Positions 17,815 to 26,739 of a stretch of DNA of 64,000 nucleotides are shown here, piece after piece. The notes beneath the pieces were generated by a model that worked only from the letters and a program-made list of their open reading frames with translations, had not been told where the DNA came from and ran no database searches. Source of the DNA: Minisyncoccota bacterium (GTDB taxonomy: Bacteria > Patescibacteriota > Minisyncoccia > Phycocordibacterales > Phycocordibacteraceae); NCBI GenBank assembly GCA_041666305.1, contig JBAYHD010000002.1:684-64683 (forward strand). The letters are read 5' to 3'. The first letter of the stretch is position 1. The number at the start of each line of letters is the position of its first letter. Both the position numbers and the translations under genes were made by a program.

Positions 17815-19677
17815 ATGACCGTCGGAGATGTACGCAAGCGATATCTCGATTTTTTCGCGAAGCGGAACCACGCAATAATACCGGGCGCCGCTATCGTGCC
17901 GGAGAACGATCCGACCACGCTTTTTACCAGTAGCGGGATGCAGCCACTCGTGCCGTATCTTCTAGGGCAAGCACATCCTGAGGGCACGCGGCTGGCCGAC
18001 TCCCAGCCGTCATTCCGCGCAGAAGACATAGAAGAAGTGGGCGACAACCGCCACACGACCTTTTTTGAAATGCTGGGCAATTGGTCTTTGGGTGACTATT
18101 TCAAACAAGAACAGCTCCCATGGTTCTTTGAATTCCTTACTTCTGCGGAAGAAGGTCTCGGGCTCGACGCTGACAAATTGTACGTGACGGTTTTCGGGGG
18201 CGACCGAGAAAGCAAAATGGAAGCAGATACGGAATCGGTAGACCTGTGGAAAAAACTATTCAGTGAAAAAGGAATTGAAGCGAAATTTGTAGAGCTCGAT
18301 ACGGAAGAAAATGGCGGTGAATTCGGCATGCAGGGCGGGCGCATTTTCTCCTATGGCGCGCGGAAAAATTGGTGGAGCAGGGCAGGGGTTCCGACGAAAA
18401 TGCCGCCCGGTGAGATAGGCGGACCGGATTCGGAAGTTTTTTATGATTTCGGTACGCCGCACGACACAAAATTCGGAGTGTACTGTCATCCGAATTGCGA
18501 TTGCGGACGGTTCGTAGAAATAGGCAATTCGGTTTTTATGCAGTTCATAAAAAATGCCGACGGTACGTTCAGCGAATTGCCGAAACAAAATGTAGATTTT
18601 GGCGGCGGATTGGAACGCCTGAACGCCGCGACGCACGAGAATCCGGATATCTTCTCCATTGATGTATTCGATGCCGCCCGCGACATAATCGAAAAACGCT
18701 CCGGAAAGAAATATAGCGATGACGGCGCCACACGCTCGTTCCGCATCATTCTCGACCACATGCGCGCGGCGTCATTTTTCATTGCATCCGGCATTAAGCC
18801 TGCTAATACCGAGCAGGGGTACATTTTGCGGCGCCTCATCCGTCGTTCCATCCGAGAAGCGGATAAGCTTGGCATCAAAGAAGCGGTGCTCGCGGAAGTT
18901 GCGGAAGATTACGGCGCCGCGTATGCGGACGCATATCCGTTCGTGCAAGACGCAGGGCGCACTATCCGCGAAGAATTGGAGAAAGAGGAGGTGCAATTTC
19001 GCAAGACGCTCGCGCATGGTTTGCGTGAACTTGAGAAAATGGGGAACAATATTGATGCGTTCATGCTGTACACGACCTACGGATTCCCGGTGGAACTCAC
19101 CGCGGAGATAGCGAAAGAACGCGGTATAAAAATAGATCTTGCGAGCGTGCGCGAACAAATGGAGAAACACCAGGCGCTTTCGCGCGAAGGCGCTGCGCAG
19201 AAATTTGCGGGTGGCCTCGCGGACCAAGCCGAACAGACTGTGCGGTATCACACGGCGCACCATCTGCTCCTCAAAGCACTCCAAACAGTGCTCGGGCCCG
19301 AGGTGCATCAGCGCGGGAGCAACATCACCAGCGAGCGCCTGCGCATAGACTTTTCATACGGACAGAAAATGACGCCGGAACAGAAAACGGAAGTGGAAAA
19401 GATAGTGAATGAAAAGATCGCCGAGGCGCTGCCGGTCATCCGTACCGATATGAAAAAGGAGGAGGCGGAAAAACTCGGTGCCGAACACGAATTCGGCGCA
19501 ACCTATCCCGATATCGTGTCGGTGTATTCGGTCGGCCCCCTCGATCATGCATTTTCCATAGAGTTCTGCGGCGGCCCGCACGTGAGCAATACCAGCGAAC
19601 TGAAAGGCACATTTAAAATTTTGAAAGAAGAAGCGTCGTCCGCCGGCGTTCGCCGCATCAAAGCGGTGCTAGAATAA
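17815..19677 (+). CDS. alaS: alanyl-tRNA synthetase, short form (catalytic + editing domains, no C-Ala domain)
   Basis: RHTTFFEMLGNWSLGDYFK catalytic motif; editing-domain HxxxH (TAHHLLLKAL) and CGGPHV; 621-631 aa; start 17815 (MTVGDVRKRYLDFF) preferred over 17782. Confidence 0.85.
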   Translation: MTVGDVRKRYLDFFAKRNHAIIPGAAIVPENDPTTLFTSSGMQPLVPYLLGQAHPEGTRLADSQPSFRAEDIEEVGDNRHTTFFEMLGNWSLGDYFKQEQLPWFFEFLTSAEEGLGLDADKLYVTVFGGDRESKMEADTESVDLWKKLFSEKGIEAKFVELDTEENGGEFGMQGGRIFSYGARKNWWSRAGVPTKMPPGEIGGPDSEVFYDFGTPHDTKFGVYCHPNCDCGRFVEIGNSVFMQFIKNADGTFSELPKQNVDFGGGLERLNAATHENPDIFSIDVFDAARDIIEKRSGKKYSDDGATRSFRIILDHMRAASFFIASGIKPANTEQGYILRRLIRRSIREADKLGIKEAVLAEVAEDYGAAYADAYPFVQDAGRTIREELEKEEVQFRKTLAHGLRELEKMGNNIDAFMLYTTYGFPVELTAEIAKERGIKIDLASVREQMEKHQALSREGAAQKFAGGLADQAEQTVRYHTAHHLLLKALQTVLGPEVHQRGSNITSERLRIDFSYGQKMTPEQKTEVEKIVNEKIAEALPVIRTDMKKEEAEKLGAEHEFGATYPDIVSVYSVGPLDHAFSIEFCGGPHVSNTSELKGTFKILKEEASSAGVRRIKAVLE

Positions 19678-19681
19678 TTGA

Positions 19682-20722
19682 ATGAGTTTTTTCAACGGTC
19701 TCTTCGGTAGGAAAAAATCGGAATCGGTCGTGTTTATCGACATCGGCACCGGCTCGGTTGCCGGCGCGTATGCGCAATTTACGCAGGGTGATCAACCCGT
19801 GATGCATTACACGCGCCGTCTTCCCATCGAAATACGAACGAGCGAACCGCATGAAGATGCGATGTTGCGCGCACTCGGCATACTCGGAGAGGTGCTTATC
19901 CGCGAAGGGGCACCGGTCCTCATGCGCAACACGGGCAGCGGGAGCGTCGATACGGTGCTCGTGTCGGTTGATGCGCCGTGGCAAAAGACATCCGTGCGCA
20001 CGGAATACTTCGAACAGAAAGAACCGTTCATCTTCAACAAAAGCATGGTGAATACGGCACTTGAAAAAACTAGCACAGCTCCGCCAGGGCAGCTTCTCGC
20101 GGATGAAAGCATCATCGGCACCATCCTGAACGGCTACGAAACGAAAGACCCGTACGGGAAAGAGACGCGCCGCGCCTCGATAATCGTATTGACATCGCTT
20201 ATCGACGAGAAAGTCGCGCAAGGCATCCAAAAAATTCTCCGCGGTCTCTATCACACAAAAAATATCCTCACTATCGCCGGCAGCAGTCTTCGCTACCAGG
20301 CGATGCGCATCGCATTCCCGCATGAGCGCGACGCGCTCATCCTGGACGCCACCGGTCCGCTTACGTCCATCGCGCTTGTGCGCAGAGACTTGCTCGTCGA
20401 CGTCGTTGAAATTCCCGTGCATAGAGCCGGGACCGCCGTGTGGCTGAAAACGCTTACGGATGAATTGGCCGAACTCGCACAGCGGTTTCCGCTTCCGCGT
20501 ACCATTTTCCTACTCGCGCGTGAGCCAAACGTCATTTCATTGCGTGAGACGCTAGATGAAGCGGAACTCGGCAAACTATGGCTCTCCGACAACCCGCCGA
20601 AGATAGTCTCGGTGCTCTCAAGCCATCTTGTCGGCCTGGTACGATCGGCCACGACCGCATCTCCGGACATATCGCTTCTTCTGATGGCGCTGTATTTTGA
20701 GCGGCGTTCCGCCGAAGATTAA
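19682..20722 (+). CDS. actin-fold ATPase-like protein (PilM/FtsA-like, tentative)
   Basis: N-terminal VVFIDIGTGSV phosphate-1-like motif; size ~346 aa; weak. Confidence 0.3.
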   Translation: MSFFNGLFGRKKSESVVFIDIGTGSVAGAYAQFTQGDQPVMHYTRRLPIEIRTSEPHEDAMLRALGILGEVLIREGAPVLMRNTGSGSVDTVLVSVDAPWQKTSVRTEYFEQKEPFIFNKSMVNTALEKTSTAPPGQLLADESIIGTILNGYETKDPYGKETRRASIIVLTSLIDEKVAQGIQKILRGLYHTKNILTIAGSSLRYQAMRIAFPHERDALILDATGPLTSIALVRRDLLVDVVEIPVHRAGTAVWLKTLTDELAELAQRFPLPRTIFLLAREPNVISLRETLDEAELGKLWLSDNPPKIVSVLSSHLVGLVRSATTASPDISLLLMALYFERRSAED

Positions 20723-20780
20723 ACGAGGTAGTGGACAAAGAGTAGGTAGACGTTTTTTGCGAAGTGGTATACTGGGGCAC

Positions 20781-21995
20781 ATGCGCAAACTTGATGATAT
20801 TATTCCGCCGTCCCGTCGGAGAGAAACGGACTCCCTTAACAGTTCAGCCGGCCGCCCAACCCTCGATCTTGCCAATAGACCATTTAAATTTCCCACTAAA
20901 ACGCTCGTTGCGGTCGTCGTCGTTGTCGTGGCTTCCATCGGCGCACTCTTTTATTTCTCCAGCGCCAAAGTTGAGGTGACGCCAAATATGGTTTCCGCTG
21001 CCGTGCAGAGTTCGTTCACCGCAAACCAGAGCACCGGAGCATTGCCGTACGAGATCATCACGGCGCAAAAGATCGCTTCACAAAGCGTCAAAAGCAGCGG
21101 CACGAAAGTCGTGAGCTCTACCGCTTCCGGAACTATCACCGTGTACAACACGCAGACGAAGGCGCAGAAGCTCATTACAAATACGCGTTTCGCTACGCTC
21201 GCGGGACTCATCTTCCGCATCCGAACCGCCATCACCGTTCCTGCTGGCACTGCTGCAAAGCCCGGTAGTGTCACGGTAGCCGTCACTGCGGATAAAGCGG
21301 GAGATTCCTACAATGTGGGTCCCACTTCCTTCACGATTCCTGGCTTCGCGGGTACGCCGCAAGCAAGCCAGGTATACGGGAAATCGAATGAAGCGATGTC
21401 CGGCGGAGCCTCCGGCAACATGCCGGTCGTAGATGCGACGGCGGAAGCACAAGCGCGCACCGCGCTCATGAGCGCACTCGCACCGGACCTCGCCTCAAGC
21501 ATTGAAGCGCAGATACCGTCCGGGTATGTGCTCGTGCCGGGAGCCGCCACAACTACCTATCAGGAACTCACGCCCGCGCCGTCGGGGACGACCGGCATGG
21601 TCGACGTGAAGGTGCAGGGGACCATCACCGCGATCGTATTCCCGAATGTCGCACTCGCCAAAGCGATTGCGACATCGGTCAGCGGCCTCGGCTATCAGGG
21701 CGAGCCGGTCACGCTCGCCTCCACGAAAACCATACAGCTCACGGCGCCGTCGGGGCTTCCGGCTCCGGACGCCGCCTCGTTCACTTTTACGCTCTCCGGC
21801 ACAGCGTCGCTTATCTACAACGTGGATCCGACGCGCATCGCCGCGGCGGTCTCCGGGAAGACCCGTTCGGCGGCCGAAGTGGCGCTCACCAACTATCCGG
21901 AGGTCAAGCGCGCCATCATCATTCTGCGGCCGTTTTGGCGCCAAACCTTCCCCCAGGACCCCTCGAGCATTTCGGTCGTGGTGGCGAAACCGTAG
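20781..21995 (+). CDS. hypothetical membrane-anchored Ser/Thr/Ala-rich extracytoplasmic protein
   Basis: start at ATG 20781 (MRKLDD) 8 nt after TGGTATACT extended -10; single TM (LVAVVVVVVASIGALFYF); track ORF 20697 start is upstream in-frame Met. Confidence 0.4.
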   Translation: MRKLDDIIPPSRRRETDSLNSSAGRPTLDLANRPFKFPTKTLVAVVVVVVASIGALFYFSSAKVEVTPNMVSAAVQSSFTANQSTGALPYEIITAQKIASQSVKSSGTKVVSSTASGTITVYNTQTKAQKLITNTRFATLAGLIFRIRTAITVPAGTAAKPGSVTVAVTADKAGDSYNVGPTSFTIPGFAGTPQASQVYGKSNEAMSGGASGNMPVVDATAEAQARTALMSALAPDLASSIEAQIPSGYVLVPGAATTTYQELTPAPSGTTGMVDVKVQGTITAIVFPNVALAKAIATSVSGLGYQGEPVTLASTKTIQLTAPSGLPAPDAASFTFTLSGTASLIYNVDPTRIAAAVSGKTRSAAEVALTNYPEVKRAIIILRPFWRQTFPQDPSSISVVVAKP

Positions 21996-22005
21996 CCCAG
22001 TTGAC

Positions 22006-22135
22006 CCGGTAGAACAACATGGCATCGTGTCTTTTGCTCCCAACAATGCAATGTCAACAAAGGCTTGTTGCTCCGGAAATTTTGATGGATAAATGGACCA
22101 TGACACAAGGAGCAATGCCATGTTGTTCTCACCGG
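22006..22135. mobile_element. structured palindromic repeat element, copy 2 of 4
   Basis: TIRs CCGGTAGAACAACATGGCAT / ATGCCATGTTGTTCTCACCGG; flanked by perfect direct repeat GTTGAC (22000-22005 and 22136-22141). Confidence 0.65.
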
Positions 22136-22197
22136 GTTGACGGCTTTTCGGATACCTGCTAGATTGATGTGGTAACTGCACTGGTAATGAATAGCAA

Positions 22198-22437
22198 ATG
22201 AGCGACGCCGACGATACAAAAGCAACGGTGACTGGAACCGTTGAAGAGGTATTGCCGAATTCGCTTTTCCGCGTTCGTCTTCCGGCAGTTCTAGAAGGAG
22301 AAGAAGGCGAGCTCAAGCTCGCCTACCTTGCAGGGAAAATGCGTTTGCACCGTATCCGCGTTCTGATGGGCGATCAGGTGGAAATGGTGATGGATCCCTA
22401 CGGGGGCCGTGCGAGGATAGTTCGCCGATTAACCTAA
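22198..22437 (+). CDS. infA: translation initiation factor IF-1
   Basis: S1-like OB fold motifs (GTVEEVLPNSLFRV, GKMRLHRIRVLMGDQVEM); small internal insertion. Confidence 0.85.
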   Translation: MSDADDTKATVTGTVEEVLPNSLFRVRLPAVLEGEEGELKLAYLAGKMRLHRIRVLMGDQVEMVMDPYGGRARIVRRLT

Positions 22438-22455
22438 CGTAAAGAGATTTTAAAA

Positions 22456-22572
22456 ATGAAGGTCCGTGCTTCTATCAAAGTCCAACAGCCAGGTGATCAG
22501 CTCGTCCGTCGCGGCGGGCGCTTGTATCGTATCAACAAGAAGAATCCGCGCCGCAAGGCTCGCCAAGGTTAA
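22456..22572 (+). CDS. rpmJ: 50S ribosomal protein L36 (cysteine-free variant)
   Basis: MKVRASIKV...[21 protein letters not shown], 38 aa, canonical position between infA and rpsM; below ORF-track size cutoff. Confidence 0.7.
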   Translation: MKVRASIKVQQPGDQLVRRGGRLYRINKKNPRRKARQG

Positions 22573-22591
22573 TTAATTTTTTCGTACAATT

Positions 22592-22972
22592 ATGCGTATC
22601 GCCGGTGTCACACTTCCCGATAAAAAACAGCTTGCATATTCATTGCCGCTTATTTTTGGCATCGGCCCCACGCGCGCACGCGACATTTTGAAGCAAGTCG
22701 GCATTCCGGCAAACAAGAAGGGCAGCGAGCTCACTGCGGATGAAGAGCAGAAGATCCGTTTGCTCGCGGAAGGATTCACCATCGAAGGCGAACTGCGCCG
22801 CGAGATCGGGCAGAACATCAAGCGCTTGAAGGACATCAAGTCCAAGCGCGGCGATCGCCATGCGCGCGGTATGCCGGTGCGGAATCAGCGCACGAAGACC
22901 AATTCGCGCACGCGCCGCGGTAACGTCCGTAAGACGATGACCTCCGGTCGCCGTAAGCTTGAAAGGACATAA
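22592..22972 (+). CDS. rpsM: 30S ribosomal protein S13
   Basis: MRIAGVTLP...GIGPTRA signature. Confidence 0.9.
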   Translation: MRIAGVTLPDKKQLAYSLPLIFGIGPTRARDILKQVGIPANKKGSELTADEEQKIRLLAEGFTIEGELRREIGQNIKRLKDIKSKRGDRHARGMPVRNQRTKTNSRTRRGNVRKTMTSGRRKLERT

Positions 22973-22974
22973 TT

Positions 22975-23409
22975 ATGGGTAAAAAACGCATCATCAAGAA
23001 GAGCGGCAAAGGCATGGACGCTGGGCGCAAAGAACGCGCCATGTCCAAGGTCACGAAGCGCCACCTCGAGAAGGCCATCCTTCACATTGACGCCACGTTC
23101 AACAACACCAAGGCGATTCTCACGGACGAGAAGGGTAATGCCGTGGTGTCTTCGAGCGCCGGCGCACTCGGTTTCTCCGGCGCCAGGAAGTCGACCCCGT
23201 ACGCGGCGGCGAAAGTCGGCGAGTTCCTCGGCGAGAAGGGCCTCATGATCGGCATCAAGGAGGCGACCGTCATCATTCGTGGTGTCGGCGCCGGCCGCGA
23301 GTCGGTGCTCCGCTCGTTCTCGGGCAAGGGCATCCAGATCAAGTCCATCAAGGACGTGACGCCGGTCCCGCACAACGGTCCGCGCCCGCCTAAGCCTCGT
23401 CGCATATAA
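22975..23409 (+). CDS. rpsK: 30S ribosomal protein S11
   Basis: HIDATFNNT...IRGVGAGRESVLRS signature. Confidence 0.9.
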   Translation: MGKKRIIKKSGKGMDAGRKERAMSKVTKRHLEKAILHIDATFNNTKAILTDEKGNAVVSSSAGALGFSGARKSTPYAAAKVGEFLGEKGLMIGIKEATVIIRGVGAGRESVLRSFSGKGIQIKSIKDVTPVPHNGPRPPKPRRI

Positions 23410-23412
23410 ATT

Positions 23413-24024
23413 ATGAAAACCGGACCACGATACAAAATAGCGAAGCGCCTCGGCGCGACCGTCTTTGAGAAAGCGCAGACCCAAAAGTTTGCGATTTCCG
23501 CCGAGCGCTCTGCGAAGAACAAGCGCCGCGGGCGCGGTCGCCAGAGCGAGTACTCCAAGCAAATGCTTGAGAAGCAAAAGGTGCGCGTGACCTACGGCCT
23601 TCCTGAGCGCCAGTTCCGCAGCTATGTGAACAAGGCGCTTGAGGCACACAACATGGCTCCGGTGGAGCGCCTGCACGAGCTCCTTGAGCTCCGTTTGGAC
23701 AACGTCATCTGGCGCCTCGGCCTCGCATCCACGCGCCGCGGCGCACGCCAGATGGTGGCGCACGGCCATGTGATGGTGGACGGCAAGAAGAGCCGCGTGC
23801 CGTCGCAAATGCTTTCCGTCGGAAGCAAAATCGCCGTGCGCGAGGGGTCCAAGGAGCACGGCGTGCTCGTGGGCTTCGCGGAGAAATTCGCGGAGCGTCC
23901 GCTTCCGTCCTGGCTCGTCTGGGACGCGAAGAAGATGGAGGGCTCCGTGAAGGAACGGCCGACGGCCGCTTCAGCGGATCCGGCGGGCGATCTGGTCGCC
24001 GTGCTTTCGTTCTACACGCGATAA
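23413..24024 (+). CDS. rpsD: 30S ribosomal protein S4
   Basis: N-terminal RYKIAKRLG and S4 domain. Confidence 0.9.
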   Translation: MKTGPRYKIAKRLGATVFEKAQTQKFAISAERSAKNKRRGRGRQSEYSKQMLEKQKVRVTYGLPERQFRSYVNKALEAHNMAPVERLHELLELRLDNVIWRLGLASTRRGARQMVAHGHVMVDGKKSRVPSQMLSVGSKIAVREGSKEHGVLVGFAEKFAERPLPSWLVWDAKKMEGSVKERPTAASADPAGDLVAVLSFYTR

Positions 24025-24194
24025 TTGTGCGCTTTATAAACAACTAATATATGGAAAACGAAGCGAAAAAGTTTCAGATGCAAGGCGCGGGATTGCGCGC
24101 GACGGAGGCGTACCTAAGTGGTACGACGACGGCGCACGCTGGGACCCGCAACGCAGCAGCTGGAGTTTTTAGCTCGTTTAACAACGATTGAGTT

Positions 24195-25142
24195 ATGGAA
24201 TACCATATTACACTTCCCAGCAAACCTCGCATCGTTTCTGAAGAAGGACTGCAGGGTGTTTATGAAATAGATTCGCTGTACCCGGGCTACGGCCACACGC
24301 TCGGCAATTCTCTGCGCCGTATCATTCTTTCCTCGCTCCCCGGCGCGGCCGTCACGCAGGTGAAGATAGAAGGCGTTCCGCACGAGTTCGCCACCATTGA
24401 TGGAATGCGCGAGACCGTTATGGAACTTCTCTTGAACCTCAAGCGCGTGCACTTCGTCCTTCACGGCGATGAACCGCAAACCATTTCGCTCACCGCGAAA
24501 GGCACGAAGGAAATTACCGCCGCTGATTTCAAGCTCCCGAGCCAGGTTGAGATCATGAATCCGGAACAGCACATCTGCGATCTTTCCGGAAAGGGAACAC
24601 TCGAACTCGAAGCCACTATTGAACGCGGACTCGGCTACGTCTCCCGCGAAGTGCTCACGAAAGACAAAGTAGACATCGGCACCATCGCGCTTGATGCCAC
24701 CTTCACGCCTATCCGCCGTGTGAACTATGAAGTGGAGAACATGCGCGTCGGCGATCGCACCGATTTCAACCGCCTGCGCATCCTCATCGAGACCAACGGC
24801 ACCATCGCTCCGCGCGCCGCACTTGAGTCGAGCATTGAAACGATGATCCATCAGCTGAAGGCCATCATCGGCTTCCAGGAGAGCGCACCGGCCGCGTCCT
24901 CTGGCGCATCCGCCGAGAAGGAGGAAAGCGGCACGACCAGCGCGTCAAAGATAAAGATCGCTGACCTCGCTCTCACTCCGCGCGTCACGGCTTCCATTGA
25001 AGGCGCCGGCATCAAGAGCGCTGCGGGTCTCGCACGCAAGACGGCATCAGCCCTCAAAGAATTGGACGGCATCGGCGAAAAGGCGATTGAGGAAATTTCC
25101 GAAGCGCTTGCCGGTCACGGCCTCACGCTGAAGGCGGAATAA
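24195..25142 (+). CDS. rpoA: DNA-directed RNA polymerase alpha subunit
   Basis: N-terminal domain motifs (GHTLGNSLRRIILSS), C-terminal domain present. Confidence 0.9.
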   Translation: MEYHITLPSKPRIVSEEGLQGVYEIDSLYPGYGHTLGNSLRRIILSSLPGAAVTQVKIEGVPHEFATIDGMRETVMELLLNLKRVHFVLHGDEPQTISLTAKGTKEITAADFKLPSQVEIMNPEQHICDLSGKGTLELEATIERGLGYVSREVLTKDKVDIGTIALDATFTPIRRVNYEVENMRVGDRTDFNRLRILIETNGTIAPRAALESSIETMIHQLKAIIGFQESAPAASSGASAEKEESGTTSASKIKIADLALTPRVTASIEGAGIKSAAGLARKTASALKELDGIGEKAIEEISEALAGHGLTLKAE

Positions 25143-25147
25143 CTACC

Positions 25148-25501
25148 ATGGCATTTACTAAAAAAGCACAGACCTTCCATCGCGAGACCGGCCAGCGCTC
25201 GGCGCTCATCCGTTCGCTCGCGCGTTCCCTCGTGCTTGAAGAGCGTATTTCCACCACGGAAGCAAAAGCGAAAGCACTTCGTCCGTACATTGAGCGACTC
25301 GTCACTTACGCAAAGACGGGCACGCTCGCCAGCCGCCGGCTTGCCATTTCCCGTATCCACGACAAGGAGGCGGTGAAGAAGCTTTTCGGCACCATCGGTC
25401 CGCGCTATGCAGACCGAAAGGGCGGCTACACGCGCATCGTGAAGCGCACGAAGCGTGGCTTCAACGATGCGCGCAAGCTTGCGTACATCATGTTCGTCTA
25501 G
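25148..25501 (+). CDS. rplQ: 50S ribosomal protein L17
   Basis: conserved L17 sequence; follows rpoA. Confidence 0.9.
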   Translation: MAFTKKAQTFHRETGQRSALIRSLARSLVLEERISTTEAKAKALRPYIERLVTYAKTGTLASRRLAISRIHDKEAVKKLFGTIGPRYADRKGGYTRIVKRTKRGFNDARKLAYIMFV

Positions 25502-25505
25502 CTTG

Positions 25506-25586
25506 CCCCGTTAGAGACTATCCTGTACAACAATATGACCACTGCAATGACCACAAACATTTCCGAAAACACCGTCTCTAATGGGG
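25506..25586 (+). promoter_or_regulatory. long-range hairpin in rplM-rpsI leader (candidate r-protein autoregulatory structure)
   Basis: CCCCGTTAGAGAC (25506-25518) pairs with GTCTCTAATGGGG (25574-25586), one G-U. Confidence 0.3.
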
Positions 25587-25602
25587 TATTCACCAATTAA
25601 AT

Positions 25603-25977
25603 ATGGCAACTTCCAACATTAAACCGGCACCGAGCACCTACACCATCGACGCGACCGACCGCACCCTTGGCCGTGTGTGCTCCGAGGCGGCTTCGGCACT
25701 GCTCGGCAAGAAGTCCGTGCACTTCGCCAAGAATCAGACGATTCCGGTTAAGGTCACCGTGAAGAATGCGGGCAAGATGCACCTTCCCAAGCGCCGTGTG
25801 GAAGGGAAGGTCTACACCCGCTACACCGGTCACCCGGGAGGCCTCTACTTCACCACGATGCAAGAGATGATAACGAAGAAGGGCATTGGCGAGGTCGTCA
25901 AAAAGACCGTGGACGGTATGATACCGCGCAACAAACTCCGTGCACCGCGTATGAAGAATCTCATCGTCACCGAATAA
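25603..25977 (+). CDS. rplM: 50S ribosomal protein L13
   Basis: conserved L13 sequence. Confidence 0.9.
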   Translation: MATSNIKPAPSTYTIDATDRTLGRVCSEAASALLGKKSVHFAKNQTIPVKVTVKNAGKMHLPKRRVEGKVYTRYTGHPGGLYFTTMQEMITKKGIGEVVKKTVDGMIPRNKLRAPRMKNLIVTE

Positions 25978-25981
25978 TTTT

Positions 25982-26380
25982 ATGGCATCAAAAACTTTCA
26001 TCACTGCAGTCGGGCGCCGCAAGACCGCTATCGCAAGCGTGCGTATGGTAAAGGCTCCGAAATCGAGTCTCATGGTCAACGGTATGACCCCGAAGGAATA
26101 TTTCAAGACTGATCTCCGCGCACTTGTCGCCGTTGAGGCACTCGCCAAGGCAGAGAGCGCTGAGAATTACGAAGTCCACGCGCACGTGGAGGGCGGCGGC
26201 ATCGCCGGTCAGGCAGACGCCGTGCGTCATGCCATCTCCCGCGCCATCACCAAGGCAGAGCCGAAGACTCGCGCGGTCCTCAAGACGGCAGGCTTCATGA
26301 AGCGCGACCCTCGCGCCAAAGAGCGCAAGAAGCCAGGCCTCAAAAAAGCGAGAAAGGCTCCTCAGTGGTCCAAACGATAA
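25982..26380 (+). CDS. rpsI: 30S ribosomal protein S9
   Basis: GRRKTAIA...KAPQWSKR. Confidence 0.9.
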   Translation: MASKTFITAVGRRKTAIASVRMVKAPKSSLMVNGMTPKEYFKTDLRALVAVEALAKAESAENYEVHAHVEGGGIAGQADAVRHAISRAITKAEPKTRAVLKTAGFMKRDPRAKERKKPGLKKARKAPQWSKR

Positions 26381-26388
26381 GTTCTCAA

Positions 26389-26429
26389 AACCGGCTCTCG
26401 TAATCGAGAGCCGGTTCGCTTTCATTTTT
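26389..26429 (+). terminator. rho-independent terminator after rpsI
   Basis: aaccggctctcg-taat-cgagagccggtt then CGCTTTCATTTTT. Confidence 0.7.
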
Positions 26430-26610
26430 CTCAGTTGTCCACATACATTCTTACAAAAACAATTGACAAAGAAAAAATCTGGTATACTAAAAATACCTCG
26501 CAAGAGGAGGCAAGGGAATGGTGAGTAGTTGATTATTCAATAACGAAAAGCGAAGAGCTCTAGTCGTGGGTAATCGTCTAAACACGATTTCCTGCGAGTA
26601 GGGCTCTTTT

Positions 26611-26696
26611 TGGTGACGTGGCAGAGCGGTCTATTGCACTCTTCTTAGGAGAGAGCGGTCTGTGTAGGGCCCGCGGGTTCGAATCCCGCCGTCACC
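26611..26696 (+). tRNA. tRNA-Leu (anticodon TAG), long variable arm
   Basis: acceptor GGTGACG/CGTCACC, anticodon loop cuUAGga, T-arm GGTTCGAATCC; CCA not encoded; TGGTATACT extended -10 about 125 nt upstream. Confidence 0.8.
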
Positions 26697-26739
26697 GCTA
26701 GTTATACACAGGGCTTGATTTACGCATCTTGCCGGTGGT

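Noticed and set aside
17769-18080. N-terminal 104 codons of minus-strand ORF 15804-18080
   Set aside because: They overlap the 5' third of alaS on the other strand. The M13 peptidase homology begins at the internal Met (MKNGWGFDTRD), so the start was set at 17768.
24040-24194. Small ORF (about 40 aa, MENEAKKFQMQGAGL…) and GC-rich hairpins between rpsD and rpoA
   Set aside because: There is no RBS or conservation evidence. It could be a leader or structural element, but the support is too weak to call a gene.
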